A stretch of 64,000 bases of DNA from Candidatus Latescibacterota bacterium (GTDB taxonomy: Bacteria > Latescibacterota > UBA2968), in NCBI GenBank assembly GCA_965116885.1, contig OZ220741.1:3872001-3936000 (forward strand), written 5' to 3'. Positions 1 to 10,525 of the stretch are shown in pieces (the first letter of the stretch is position 1; every line of letters starts with the position of its first letter). The notes beneath the pieces were generated by a model. It was not told where the DNA came from and made no database searches. It was given only the letters and a program-made list of their open reading frames with translations. Made by a program: the position numbers and the translations under genes.

Positions 1-1243
1 CATCTACTATTACCCTTCCCGAATCCGGGTCGTATAGCCGGAGAAGCAGGTTCGCTACCGTGGTTTTGCCCGATCCACTGTGTCCCACCAGGGCGATTTT
101 TTGACCTGCCTGAACGGTGAAGCTCAGATTGCGCAGGATCGGTGTGCCATCCTCATAAGAAAAGGAAACATTGTCAAAGACGACATCGCCCCTGACAGGT
201 GGCATTGCCGATGCATTGGGACGGTCTGTAACAGCGGGAACCTGATCCAGTGTTTCGAGAATGCGCTCGGCGGGAACCATTGCAATGCGAACTTGCTGAA
301 AATACCGAATCAGGACTTGAATGGGATTGGATAGGCGGTTCGAATAGGAGAAAATGGGGAAGACGGACCCATAGGAGAGGTTGCCTAAAATAACTTCTCT
401 GAGGAAGTACAGTCTTATCAGTTGATTTTTAGCCCAGGGGAGCAAGCCGCTATTGCCCGCGATTTCTCGTTCGATGGTACGCATATAAAACAGGCGCATC
501 GCGGCGCGATAGCCTTCGATGGTGAGATTAACATATCGCTTTACTTCGTGCCGGCGCCGACCAAATGTCTGTACGACAGCTACCCCGGCAACGCCTTCTT
601 GAAGCCCGGCGTCGCGCGCTTGCCATCTTTCTCTTACGCGGCGATCGAATCTGCGCTGTATGGTCGCGATCTTCTGGGCGATCATTCCATAAGGGATTGA
701 GTAAATCAGAATGACCAGCGAGACTCGCCAGTCCAACCAGGTGGTGAAGATGAGTATGAGTATGAACTCATAGACCGCCCGCAATGTCGCTGGCAAGATG
801 TCCGTAATCATGCGCATTACGGCCCCCGTATCTGCACTGGCGCGATACATGTGCTCGCCAATACCACGACTCTCGTAGAAGGTCATGGAGAGACGCTGGA
901 GGTGGGTGAAGAAGTGGGTTTTGAGGGCTAAGCTCACGCGTAGATCTACGTAGTGATTGAGTATGGTTGACATGGTGCCGACCAATCTCTGAATCAGAAC
1001 AAGCACGACATAGGCGACAAAGATGCTGTAGAACAGGTTCCAATCCTGATTTGGAAAAGCATCATCGACGAGGAACTTGCTCAGCCACGGATTCACAACC
1101 CGAAACGTGCTGACTACGATCGTGCCCATTACGACGAGCAGCGCCTTATCCCAGACTGGGATCATCAATCTGAGAAAACGCAGAAAGACTCTTATGAGCG
1201 ACTGTTTTGCTCCCTTGCGGGGAGGTGGAAAATAGTTGAACAT
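1..1243 (-). CDS. ABC exporter (TMD + NBD), 3' end runs off the window
   Basis: Not in the ORF track because it has no stop in the window. Manual translation from ATG 1243 is open to base 1: MFNYFPPPRKGAKQSLIRVFLRFLRL...IGEHMYRASAD...VVFDNVSFSY...Walker A GHSGSGKTT. Confidence 0.92.
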   Translation of the reverse strand, partial: MFNYFPPPRKGAKQSLIRVFLRFLRLMIPVWDKALLVVMGTIVVSTFRVVNPWLSKFLVDDAFPNQDWNLFYSIFVAYVVLVLIQRLVGTMSTILNHYVDLRVSLALKTHFFTHLQRLSMTFYESRGIGEHMYRASADTGAVMRMITDILPATLRAVYEFILILIFTTWLDWRVSLVILIYSIPYGMIAQKIATIQRRFDRRVRERWQARDAGLQEGVAGVAVVQTFGRRRHEVKRYVNLTIEGYRAAMRLFYMRTIEREIAGNSGLLPWAKNQLIRLYFLREVILGNLSYGSVFPIFSYSNRLSNPIQVLIRYFQQVRIAMVPAERILETLDQVPAVTDRPNASAMPPVRGDVVFDNVSFSYEDGTPILRNLSFTVQAGQKIALVGHSGSGKTTVANLLLRLYDPDSGRVIVD

Positions 1244-1305
1244 CGTCCGGCCTTAGTCCTGTCGAAATACAGGCGTGGAGGCTATTTCTACGAAAGACAC
1301 CAAAC

Positions 1306-1349
1306 CGCTTAAATTAGGCGAAGATATGTTCGAATGTCAATTGGATTCT
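1306..1349 (-). promoter_or_regulatory. Duplicated sigma70-like promoter module, copy 1 (TTGACA-N18-TAATTT)
   Basis: 41/44 nt identical to 11298-11341. Lies upstream of the minus-strand ABC gene. Confidence 0.7.
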
Positions 1350-1457
1350 CGGGTTTGTGGGAGAACAGAAAACAATTGCGTCTGACAGAAAATCCACTTT
1401 TTTATACAGTAGTCTATATGTTGTGACACATTCATTGCATCTGCAGGAGACTCTTTC

Positions 1458-3908
1458 ATGTTTAACCTGATCGGAAATTACGCCAAAATTGCTATCAGGA
1501 ATTTGATGCGGAACAAAGTGTATTCCGCGCTCAACATCCTCGGCTTGGGCATCGCCATGTCCTGTTGTCTTTTGATTGTGTTGTTTTTACAACGCGAACT
1601 GCAATACGATCACAGATATGAAAAGGGAGATCGCATCTACAAGGTCGTGCGAGAAATAAATATCCAGGGCGGGTCGCGCAATTTTTCCTGGGGTACGTCG
1701 GGATCACTGGGACCCGCGTTGCAACGCGATTTCCCCGAAGTGGAATCCGCCGTTCGGATATGGCCCTGGAATGTGAAGGTCGAACGCGAGAATATTTTGT
1801 TTCCCACACGGCTCAATCGCGTTGACAAACACGTATTTGACGTATTTGAAGCCGAATTTGTTCAGGGCAGCGCACAGACGGCTTTTGAAGACCCAACGAG
1901 TATTGTGATTACCGAGCGCATGGCGAATGTTATCTACGGCGAGGAAAACCCGATGGGCAAGGTGCTCACCGTTGTCAATTCGATCTTTGGCGGAGATTAT
2001 ATTGTGCGGGGTGTGTTGAAAGATCGCCTTGAGCCTACGACAATCCCATTTAATATGTTCGTATCGAGAGATGCCAATGCCCAATGGAGAAACAAATTGC
2101 ACAGCTGGGATCCGGCTGCGGGTTTTCGACCGGTACAAACCTATATTTTGCTTCAAGAAGGGGTTTCTCCCAAAACACTGGAGCAAAAATTTCCAGATTT
2201 TATAACGCGCTATATGGGCGCGGAAATCCAAAAATACAATGCGTATCATCTTCAACCCCTGCATCGGGTCTATTTGCATTCGCGTGCAGATTACGATATC
2301 AGGAGCTTCGGCGATATCGATCAACTCTATACGATGTGTGTGATTGCCGCATTTATTCTGATCATTGCCTGCGTGAACTTTATGAATCTGGCGACAGCCC
2401 AATCAGTCCGGCGCGCAAGAGAGGTGGGCTTGCGAAAAGTGGTCGGTGCCAGTCGCGGTCAGTTGATCCAGCAATTTCTGGGAGAATCCCTGATTGTCGC
2501 CTGTCTCGCGTCGTTGCTTGCAATTATTGTCGCCCGGGCGATGCTGCCCGTGTTTAATGATTTGATCCAGCAAAATCTGGTATTAGATCTCAAGGCTTAT
2601 ATGACTTTGATCCCGGCGTTGATCGGCGTGGTATTGGTATCCGGGATACTCGCCGGGGGTTATCCCGCCTTTGTTTTATCCGCCTGGCAACCGATTGATA
2701 CATTGAAGAGCCAGGTTCAATCCAGATCGGGTGGTTCGTGGTTCTGGAAGGGACTGGTAATATTCCAATTTTCAATTTCGATTTTTTTAATTGTGGGCAC
2801 GCTGGTCGTGCGCAACCAGATCTCTTATATGCTGGATCGGGATCTGGGGGTTGATACAGAACACCTGGTCATGTTACCCATTTTTACTTCGAGCCGAGAG
2901 GCGCATTTTGTTCACGCCAACCGCCTGTCGTCGCGATACAGTACTGTGAAGCAGTCGTTTTTGAGGCATCCCAATGTGGTGGGGGCAACGGCATCTCAGT
3001 ATCGCGCCTTCCCCAGCGGGGGTGGCTCGCGGCGCAAGCCCATTCGACCAGAGGATTTGCCGGGGGATGACTGGTGGATTCTGATTAACGAGGTCGATGG
3101 GGATTTTGTAAAAACAATGGGTATTGAGCTGGTTGCTGGCAAAAACTTCACCCCGGGCAAGGGCAATCCCCTCAGGGGATGGACGCGCGAATTTCTGATC
3201 AATGAGTCGGCAGCCAAATTATTTGGCTGGGACAATCCCATCGGCAAACAAATTCAGAAGCTGGATGGGGGCGGCGGCACGGGTACTGTTGTGGGCGTGT
3301 TTAAGGATTACCATTTTGATTCCTTAAAGGAAAAAATCGCGCCCCTCGCATTTGTCCAGTGGGCCAGGCTATATGCGTATTTAACGCTTAAAATAAAGGG
3401 CGGGCAGTTTGTAGAGACGATGGATTTTTTGGAAGAGGAATGGTATAAATTCGTGCCCAACGAAGCGTTTAATCCCATTTTTATGGACGATGGATTTGCC
3501 TCTGCGTACCGGAATGAACTTCGTCTGAGAAGAATTGCTGGCATTTCTTCATTGCTGGCGATCGTGGTGTGTTGTTTGGGTCTGTTCGGTTTGGCCGCTA
3601 TTTCTGCCCAACGGCGCACAAAGGAGATTGGGGTGCGCAAGGTGCTCGGTGCGTCTGCCGGGCAAATTGTGACGATGTTTTCAGCCGAATTTGTCAAGCT
3701 GGTCGCGTTTGCCAGTCTCATAGCCTGGCCCCTGGCTTATTACATGCTCGATGACTGGTTAGCCGATTTTGCCTACCGCATTGGTCTGGATGTCTCAGTA
3801 TTTGTATTGAGTAGTGTACTGGCTATCGCCATTGCCCTGATTACAGTGAGTTACCAGGCATGGAAAGCGGCGCAGACCAATCCGATTGAGGCGCTTAAAT
3901 ACGAATGA
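1458..3908 (+). CDS. MacB/FtsX-like ABC permease (two-repeat, ~800 aa type)
   Basis: Motifs IACVNFMNLATA, REVGLRKVVGA and RTKEIGVRKVLGAS; ends NPIEALKYE; RBS CAGGAG. No cognate ATPase gene adjacent. Confidence 0.93.
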   Translation: MFNLIGNYAKIAIRNLMRNKVYSALNILGLGIAMSCCLLIVLFLQRELQYDHRYEKGDRIYKVVREINIQGGSRNFSWGTSGSLGPALQRDFPEVESAVRIWPWNVKVERENILFPTRLNRVDKHVFDVFEAEFVQGSAQTAFEDPTSIVITERMANVIYGEENPMGKVLTVVNSIFGGDYIVRGVLKDRLEPTTIPFNMFVSRDANAQWRNKLHSWDPAAGFRPVQTYILLQEGVSPKTLEQKFPDFITRYMGAEIQKYNAYHLQPLHRVYLHSRADYDIRSFGDIDQLYTMCVIAAFILIIACVNFMNLATAQSVRRAREVGLRKVVGASRGQLIQQFLGESLIVACLASLLAIIVARAMLPVFNDLIQQNLVLDLKAYMTLIPALIGVVLVSGILAGGYPAFVLSAWQPIDTLKSQVQSRSGGSWFWKGLVIFQFSISIFLIVGTLVVRNQISYMLDRDLGVDTEHLVMLPIFTSSREAHFVHANRLSSRYSTVKQSFLRHPNVVGATASQYRAFPSGGGSRRKPIRPEDLPGDDWWILINEVDGDFVKTMGIELVAGKNFTPGKGNPLRGWTREFLINESAAKLFGWDNPIGKQIQKLDGGGGTGTVVGVFKDYHFDSLKEKIAPLAFVQWARLYAYLTLKIKGGQFVETMDFLEEEWYKFVPNEAFNPIFMDDGFASAYRNELRLRRIAGISSLLAIVVCCLGLFGLAAISAQRRTKEIGVRKVLGASAGQIVTMFSAEFVKLVAFASLIAWPLAYYMLDDWLADFAYRIGLDVSVFVLSSVLAIAIALITVSYQAWKAAQTNPIEALKYE

Positions 3909-3912
3909 GGTC

Positions 3913-5766
3913 TCAGTCGGCTGCATCGACGTCTGTGCCCAACTGCATCTGCTCATCCCATATTCTGCGGTAGAGACCGTTTGCTGATAGCAAGTCGTCG
4001 TGTGTACCGTTTTCGACAATTCTGCCCTGATCCAAAACGTATATTCGGTCTGCTTTTTGAACTGTCATGAGCCTGTGAGAAACCATCACGGTGGTTCGCC
4101 CTTCCGATACGTTCCAGATTGTGTCCATGACGTGTTCTTCCGATCGAGAATCCAGGTTTGAGGTCGCTTCATCCAGAATGAAAACCGCGGGATCTCTGAT
4201 CAGGGCGCGGGCAATACCTATTCTTTGCTTTTGTCCGCCGGATAATCTCGTTCCCTCTCCAAGATCTCTTTCAAATCCCTCCGGGTGGGCGATGACGGCA
4301 TCGTAAAGCGCGGCCATGCGGGCGGCTTCCTCCACGTCTGCATCCGAAGCCTTTAGATTTCCATACCGGATATTCTCGCGGACAGTTCCGGAAAATAAGA
4401 AGGTGTCTTGCAGCACGACGCCGAGTTGATTGCGGTAGCTCAAGAGTCGGACGTCTTTCAAGTCGCGTCCATCTACGAGAACCGATCCGGTGGTGGGATC
4501 GTAAAGCCTCAAGATGAGGTATAGCATCGAGGTCTTGCCCGAGCCACTCGGGCCCACGAATGCGACGCGCTCCCCAGGACGGATTGTGATGTTGATATTT
4601 TCCAGAACGGGCTGTCCCGATACGTATTCGAATCCCACATTTCTGAATTCGATTGTGCCGCTGAGGGGCGGCATGGTGCTCGCATCGGGCGCATCGCTTA
4701 TCTGGGGGCGAACGTCAAGGGTTTGCAGGACGCGTTCGGCCTGGACGAGTTGAAGGCGAATGCTCTGGATCAGCTTGATCATTCTCTCCATTGGGCCTTC
4801 AAATTGCCGGGCGAGGAAAAACACAACACTGAATTCTCCGATGCTCAACTCCCCGGTCATGGTGTGGTAACCCACGTAGAGCCACAGCAATTTTTCAACG
4901 CCCTCAGAGAGAAACCACAGAACGCCCTGGTGGGTAAAGATATGTAGAACGCGGTACTTGATCCAGTATCTGCGGTTTTCGATAAAAGTCGATGCATATC
5001 GACGGGCAGACCAGCGCATGCGACCAAAACCTTTGACGGTCTTGGTCGCGGCTATACCGTCTCTCAAGATCGTCCTCAGGTACTGTGCCTGCATTCTCAT
5101 GTCCCAGCGGACTCTCTGAAGGCGCGTGTAGAAGTAGTGGGATAGGGCTGTGTAGGGAAAGGAGTAGAGAAAAATCAGCACTGTGAGATAGGGATCGACC
5201 AGACTGAGGATGATGCCCGTCCAGATAATCCGGTAGGCTATGGTGATCGCATTGGGAACATCGTCGGTGATCATGGTGATCAGGCCACCTCCGACGTCAG
5301 CGGTGCTGCGATACATGTGTTCGCCGATGGGCCGACTCTGAAGAAAGCCCAGGGATAGTTTGTGGAGGTGGTCGTAGAAGATCGTGCGCAGGTGGATGGT
5401 GACTTTCATGTCGATATACCACCCGAGGATACGCCGTGTTATCTGAGAGACATTCGAGATGACATACATCAGGAACTTGATACCAAAGACAATAAATAAA
5501 AGCTGCAAGCGGCGATCTACTGGCAGGTCGAAGTTCAAGATGACGTCATCGACCAGATATCGATTCACAAAAACGCTTATCTCACGGAGCGGAACGCCTA
5601 CCATGATGAATAGCATCCCGAGGATGACTTTTGTCTTATGGGGATACAGGTACTTAAAAAATCGCCAGAAGGTTTCCCATTCGCGGTTTGCCCGTTCCTG
5701 TTCTGGAGACCAGGCGGGACCGCGCCATACTTCGGGCTTTCTCTGTCGGATGTCGAGAAGTCTCAT
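3913..5766 (-). CDS. ABC exporter, fused TMD-NBD
   Basis: Walker A GPSGSGKT, signature LSGGQKQR, Walker B ILDEATS, H-loop SHR. Confidence 0.95.
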   Translation of the reverse strand: MRLLDIRQRKPEVWRGPAWSPEQERANREWETFWRFFKYLYPHKTKVILGMLFIMVGVPLREISVFVNRYLVDDVILNFDLPVDRRLQLLFIVFGIKFLMYVISNVSQITRRILGWYIDMKVTIHLRTIFYDHLHKLSLGFLQSRPIGEHMYRSTADVGGGLITMITDDVPNAITIAYRIIWTGIILSLVDPYLTVLIFLYSFPYTALSHYFYTRLQRVRWDMRMQAQYLRTILRDGIAATKTVKGFGRMRWSARRYASTFIENRRYWIKYRVLHIFTHQGVLWFLSEGVEKLLWLYVGYHTMTGELSIGEFSVVFFLARQFEGPMERMIKLIQSIRLQLVQAERVLQTLDVRPQISDAPDASTMPPLSGTIEFRNVGFEYVSGQPVLENINITIRPGERVAFVGPSGSGKTSMLYLILRLYDPTTGSVLVDGRDLKDVRLLSYRNQLGVVLQDTFLFSGTVRENIRYGNLKASDADVEEAARMAALYDAVIAHPEGFERDLGEGTRLSGGQKQRIGIARALIRDPAVFILDEATSNLDSRSEEHVMDTIWNVSEGRTTVMVSHRLMTVQKADRIYVLDQGRIVENGTHDDLLSANGLYRRIWDEQMQLGTDVDAAD

Positions 5767-5789
5767 TGCATCCTCAGGTCTTGTGAGAC
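5681..5789 (-). repeat. ~110 bp direct repeat, copy A (RBS plus first ~29 codons of the ABC gene)
   Basis: Aligns with 7829-7938, including the upstream GTCTCAC..CCTGAGGAT segment. Confidence 0.9.
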
Positions 5790-5850
5790 CTTTGTAAAAT
5801 CAACATTGACGCGTAAATTTATGAATATTCCGGATAATCCGCTACCTAAT

Positions 5851-7806
5851 TTAGTATAGCGCGAGTGAATGCCCGTCATCGGGAAACCAGATCATGTCAA
5901 CGACAAACGAAATCCCGACACCAACGAAATACCCCAGCATCATACCAAAGAAGAAGGGTGAGGCTTTGCGATACAGGCTGATGCCACCGATGCGGAGGAT
6001 GGCGGCTTTGGCGAACCAGGCGAAGAAAATCGAGAATATCGTGCGATTGGCAGGGTATGAGGTTGCCGAGACCAGGCCGATGGGGTGCAGCGGAAAAGCC
6101 GGATAGATATAGCGGAGAATCATATTGGCTGCGGTGACTGCAACGCCGATCAGTCCCCAATAGGCGAGATATCGCTTCATTGCGAAGGGGTCGCGGATGT
6201 AGCCGACGCCTCTATCAAATACGGCCTGCACGGATCCCGCGTAGATGCTGCCGTAGTTGTATGCGCCCGTCTGGTAGCCGGAAGCGATCGCGTAATAGGC
6301 GCTGCCTCCCACAACAACGACAACGGCAATCGCGACTGCGAGAATCATTCTTCCCCGGTCTTCGCGGACATCGTCAAAGAGTTTCGTGGCGTTGGCCATC
6401 GGAGCCATCAGGACAGTTTTCAGGTCGCGGTGCCAGGTGTAGGTCAACGCCAATGCCACAATGCTCTGCGGGTTCATGTTTGTGAGCCCAACGATATGGT
6501 AGGTCGCAAACTGCGCGTGTATGATGCGAGAGCTGATCAGCCCCGTTTCGATGCTGATCTTTGAGATCCCAAGCCAGACCACAATGACAAGGGCGACGAA
6601 GACAAACGCCACATATACGGTCATTCCCGATGCGACGCACCACGCGCAGATGAATATCGCACTGAGGATGAGTCCGAATATTGCTGAACGGTAGGAGAGC
6701 ATCTCCCGAGTATCGTCTATCGTCGGGTCCTTTGCAAATGCCTTTCTGACGACATCTCTCAAATGGCCGCGGGCTGCCCACAGACCCCAGGGAATCAGGA
6801 CGAGAAGTGCGCCAAGTCCTTGCCAGTTTTCAAAATCGGAAGTGTCTCCACGCGCTGGACCGGTTTCGAATCCAAATCTTCTGAACACACCAATCTGAAA
6901 CGTCAGGAACAGGAAGTAGATGATGATGCTTCCGGATACTTCGAGCTCAACGAAGTATGAGGCACCGATGATCAGTGGATAGAAGCGGGTTTCGATGGGT
7001 GGAAAGTCTCGACCCAGTTGGATAAGCCCGAAATCTCTTGGAATGGTCGGAAAAAGGGGTGTGAAGTATCCGATCATATTCCACATAATCGGGAAGATCG
7101 CGAAAGCAAAGCCGATCCAGAAAACAGGCTGGTTCATGAACCCGGCGGTGAAAAACCCACGAGGTTCCTCGTCCGCCATGTTCATCGGCAGCTTCATCAG
7201 GGGGAAGGAGAGCCGCTCGTTCTCGACCCACTGTTTCCGGAAGATCGCAACCATACAATAGCAGAAGCAGGCGACTGCGCCTACGAGCGATAGGCGCCAG
7301 GTCAACGGTATGAGCCAGGCTTCCCACGGGATCGAAGCGCCGCGGGGGAGTCCTTCGTAGAACCATTTGGCTGCCGTAATATCCGTTACGACTGCCCAAT
7401 CGACGAGATACGGATGCAGTTCGGTCGCCCAACCGTTCTCGGATGATGGAAAGTAATAAGGCGCACCGATGTTCGCGATCATGTGCGCCATGAAGTAGCT
7501 GGGCAGAGCGGATCCGATCAGGGCCATTGCAAAGATGACGAGAAGCTCGGCTCTTGTGAGCATGGCCTTCGGTCGGACGGTCTGGATGACTTTGTTGAGG
7601 ATAACAGCGATGATGAAGAAGGGAACCATCACGCCCCAGGGGAGATGGTCCTGCGCCATTTTGGTCGTATGACCGATGTGACGCGTGTAGTGACCGCCCC
7701 AGGCCATGAAAGTCACACACAGCGTACCCAGCGCAATGGATCGAGCCGTTATGGCGTGCCGAAGGGGACGAATTTCCGGTTTAGCGATGGGTTGTACCTC
7801 GGCCAA
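5851..7806 (-). CDS. Polytopic membrane protein, DUF6785/DUF6784-like (putative transporter)
   Basis: 651 aa with many TM segments; motifs RKQWVENERLSFP and FPLHPIG; TTG start with GGAGG RBS. Confidence 0.8.
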   Translation of the reverse strand: MAEVQPIAKPEIRPLRHAITARSIALGTLCVTFMAWGGHYTRHIGHTTKMAQDHLPWGVMVPFFIIAVILNKVIQTVRPKAMLTRAELLVIFAMALIGSALPSYFMAHMIANIGAPYYFPSSENGWATELHPYLVDWAVVTDITAAKWFYEGLPRGASIPWEAWLIPLTWRLSLVGAVACFCYCMVAIFRKQWVENERLSFPLMKLPMNMADEEPRGFFTAGFMNQPVFWIGFAFAIFPIMWNMIGYFTPLFPTIPRDFGLIQLGRDFPPIETRFYPLIIGASYFVELEVSGSIIIYFLFLTFQIGVFRRFGFETGPARGDTSDFENWQGLGALLVLIPWGLWAARGHLRDVVRKAFAKDPTIDDTREMLSYRSAIFGLILSAIFICAWCVASGMTVYVAFVFVALVIVVWLGISKISIETGLISSRIIHAQFATYHIVGLTNMNPQSIVALALTYTWHRDLKTVLMAPMANATKLFDDVREDRGRMILAVAIAVVVVVGGSAYYAIASGYQTGAYNYGSIYAGSVQAVFDRGVGYIRDPFAMKRYLAYWGLIGVAVTAANMILRYIYPAFPLHPIGLVSATSYPANRTIFSIFFAWFAKAAILRIGGISLYRKASPFFFGMMLGYFVGVGISFVVDMIWFPDDGHSLALY

Positions 7807-7821
7807 TCAGAGCCTCCAGAT

Positions 7822-7914
7822 CTATTGGTCGCGGCTTGCCCGTTCCCGATCCGCAGACCATGCGGGACCTCGCCATACCTCGGGCTTTCTCTGTCGGATG
7901 TCGAGAATTCTCAT
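7822..7914 (-). other. 30-aa sORF MRILDIRQRKPEVWRGPAWSADRERASRDQ: truncated copy of the ABC exporter N-terminus (repeat copy B, 7829-7938)
   Basis: Manual translation; GAGGA RBS; TAG at 7822-7824; near-identical to the N-terminus of 3913-5766. Confidence 0.8.
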
Positions 7915-7939
7915 TGTTATCCTCAGGCCTCGTGAGACT

Positions 7940-9331
7940 TTAATTTTTATTTCTATTCTCGTGATCTGGATACACAGCATTGAACACACGCGTTACCACA
8001 TCGGGCGATGTCCGATTCTCAAAAGCCTCCAAAACTGGATCATTGGTTTCCCGCATTTGAGCCTGTAGAATCGTCCGTATTTCATCCGCTTTTGCACTGT
8101 ATTCCGGGTCGTCAATCAAGTTTTTCAAACAATTGGGGTCCTGCTCCAAATCGTATAACTCTTCCGGTATGCGATACCGAAACATCCGCACCCGTTCCGC
8201 TATATCTGGATTGCCCGGTGCAGCCTCCTCCATTGCGTGCATCGTCAACCCTTCATTGTTATTGCGGTACCGATAGTCATCTCGCACCCACATATTAAAG
8301 ATGTATCCAAACTGATGATCTTGCACACACCGCATCGGTGTTGCTGCGCCACCAGCCTTAGAATCGATCTGCGTAAAAACATGCTCTCGACCCTCTTGCT
8401 TTTCGCCTCTCAGCAACGGCACAAAAGATTGCCCATCCACACCATCCAAAGCAGGTAGCCCAATCGCATCTAATGCGGTTGGCAAGAAGTCAATGCCCGA
8501 CATCAGTTCACGACATGTTGTACCCTCTTTTGCAACACCGGGCCACCGCACCAGCCAGGGTGTGCGCGTACTCGCCAGATAGACATTACACTTGGCAAAC
8601 GGCACAGCCATCCCGTTATCCGACAAAAAAGCGACCAGTGTATTGTCTTTCAATCCCGACTCTTCCAGAGCATTCATCACCGCCCCAAATGTATCATCCA
8701 GGCGTCTCACCGAATTGTAATACCACGAAAGTTCTTTGCGAATCAATGGAAGATCAGGCAAAAATCCGGGCACTTCAATTTCATCGGGGCTATACAACCG
8801 CGATGGCACCTCAGCACCACCCTTTGGTCCTTCATCTGGGTTGTAAAACGGTCGATGAGGATCATGGGAGTTCACCATAAAATAAAAGGGTTTGTCGGCA
8901 CTTTTACAGTTCTCGAAGAATTCCTTACAATACGCCCCATACTTCTGCGGGCTACGGCCAAAACCCAGGTCTTCTTGATCCCGACTAAAATCCCATGTAA
9001 TCGACTCTTTTGGCGTTGAATGATTCACTTTTCCGAGAAGGCCAGTCATATACCCCGCATCGCTCAATATTTCGATGATTGTCGGTGTGTCCTCAAATGT
9101 ATGAAAAAACCCCATTCCGCCATTGTTATAACTATAGCGCCCGGTGTTCAACACATTGCGACTTGGCATACAAATGGCAACATTCACATGCCCATGACTG
9201 AACCGCACACCCTCTGCGGCAAATGCATCCAGGTTGGGGGAGATATCTGGCACGTTTGATCCAAAACAACCGAGTGAATCGCAACCCAAATCATCTGCTG
9301 TGAACAGCAGGATATTTAATTTGTCTGTCAT
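7940..9331 (-). CDS. Sulfatase (Cys-type, sulfamidase-like)
   Basis: NILLFTADD, CMPSR, LSDNG, ELYDL. Start moved to ATG 9331 after GAGGGG. Confidence 0.93.
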   Translation of the reverse strand: MTDKLNILLFTADDLGCDSLGCFGSNVPDISPNLDAFAAEGVRFSHGHVNVAICMPSRNVLNTGRYSYNNGGMGFFHTFEDTPTIIEILSDAGYMTGLLGKVNHSTPKESITWDFSRDQEDLGFGRSPQKYGAYCKEFFENCKSADKPFYFMVNSHDPHRPFYNPDEGPKGGAEVPSRLYSPDEIEVPGFLPDLPLIRKELSWYYNSVRRLDDTFGAVMNALEESGLKDNTLVAFLSDNGMAVPFAKCNVYLASTRTPWLVRWPGVAKEGTTCRELMSGIDFLPTALDAIGLPALDGVDGQSFVPLLRGEKQEGREHVFTQIDSKAGGAATPMRCVQDHQFGYIFNMWVRDDYRYRNNNEGLTMHAMEEAAPGNPDIAERVRMFRYRIPEELYDLEQDPNCLKNLIDDPEYSAKADEIRTILQAQMRETNDPVLEAFENRTSPDVVTRVFNAVYPDHENRNKN

Positions 9332-9351
9332 AAGCCCCTCACTTCCTCCTA

Positions 9352-10503
9352 TCAATTTATCCGATACTTTTCCAGTGCATCCTCATCGAGTTCACATCCA
9401 AGTCCCGGTTTTGTTGGAACAATGGCTTCGCCTTTTTCAAATTGGATGCCATCCACGACCAGGTCATCTTCCCGCGTCCAACTTCCGACAAAATCACTGG
9501 GCATAACGCAATTTCGCGGCACACTTGCCGCGTGCAGATAGGCCATTTCCATTATGCCGAGGTCATTTCCAGATCCATGCCAGCAGGGGATGCCCGCGGC
9601 ATCGGCAATAGCCGCGTTGTAGATAAATTGCCACATGCTGCCCCCCAGATTGAAAATATCTACTGCTTCTACCTTGATTGCGTTGATGATGTCGTGGGGA
9701 TTCGCCAGGTGCAATGCGACCGGGATTGTGGTTGCCGCTCTTAGTTGGCAATACCAATCCAGGTTCCATTTCGCCATGGGATCTTCGAGCACGCCGACAT
9801 TGCCGACTGCTTCGAATTGTTTTGCCAATGCAATGGCTTCTGCCGGGCGATAAAATCTCTGATTCGGATCGATTGTGCATTTGAATGACGCATCTGTGGC
9901 CTCCAGGATTGCCTGCACGCGAGCGACCATTGGTTCATCAGAGGTACATTTCATTTTTACACCGTGAAATCCGCGTTCGTAACCGAGCCGCGCATTGAGA
10001 GCTGAGTCTTCGGGCGTTTGATGGCCGATCCAGTAATCCGCTGGCACGCGGTCTCTGTACGCACCGCCGAGCAGTTCGTGGACGGGACAGTTTCGGATTT
10101 TGCCCACGATATCAAAAACGGCCATTTCAAAAGCTTCATAACCCGCGCCAGTTCCCCAGCCATTCAGACTCTCCCAATCGCGCGTTCCGGCGCCATCTTC
10201 AGATACAACGGGATCTCTGAAGGGCATGACTGTGTTGCGGTGCGTGGCGGTGTCTCTGAATACATTTTGCAGGCTCAGTTTGAGAGGGTCTCTTCCTTTG
10301 AGTTGGTTAAATCCCTGCAGAATTGCTTCTTCAGGCGTCCCGCGCGAGGTTTCTCCCAGTCCGTAAATCCCTTCATCGGTATTTAGCCTGATGATGTGTT
10401 TGGGGACCTGATCCCAGCCCGCAGGACCAAATGATGCGCTGTGTACACGGCCGGGTATGGTTGGAACAACGACTGTCATGATGTCGATGGATGCGATTTT
10501 CAT
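9352..10503 (-). CDS. Enolase superfamily (muconate cycloisomerase-like) protein
   Basis: KMK motif, DPNQ, EDP, C-terminal PGLGCELD. Confidence 0.88.
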   Translation of the reverse strand: MKIASIDIMTVVVPTIPGRVHSASFGPAGWDQVPKHIIRLNTDEGIYGLGETSRGTPEEAILQGFNQLKGRDPLKLSLQNVFRDTATHRNTVMPFRDPVVSEDGAGTRDWESLNGWGTGAGYEAFEMAVFDIVGKIRNCPVHELLGGAYRDRVPADYWIGHQTPEDSALNARLGYERGFHGVKMKCTSDEPMVARVQAILEATDASFKCTIDPNQRFYRPAEAIALAKQFEAVGNVGVLEDPMAKWNLDWYCQLRAATTIPVALHLANPHDIINAIKVEAVDIFNLGGSMWQFIYNAAIADAAGIPCWHGSGNDLGIMEMAYLHAASVPRNCVMPSDFVGSWTREDDLVVDGIQFEKGEAIVPTKPGLGCELDEDALEKYRIN

Positions 10504-10525
10504 GGCGTTTTTCTCATAGTGATGC

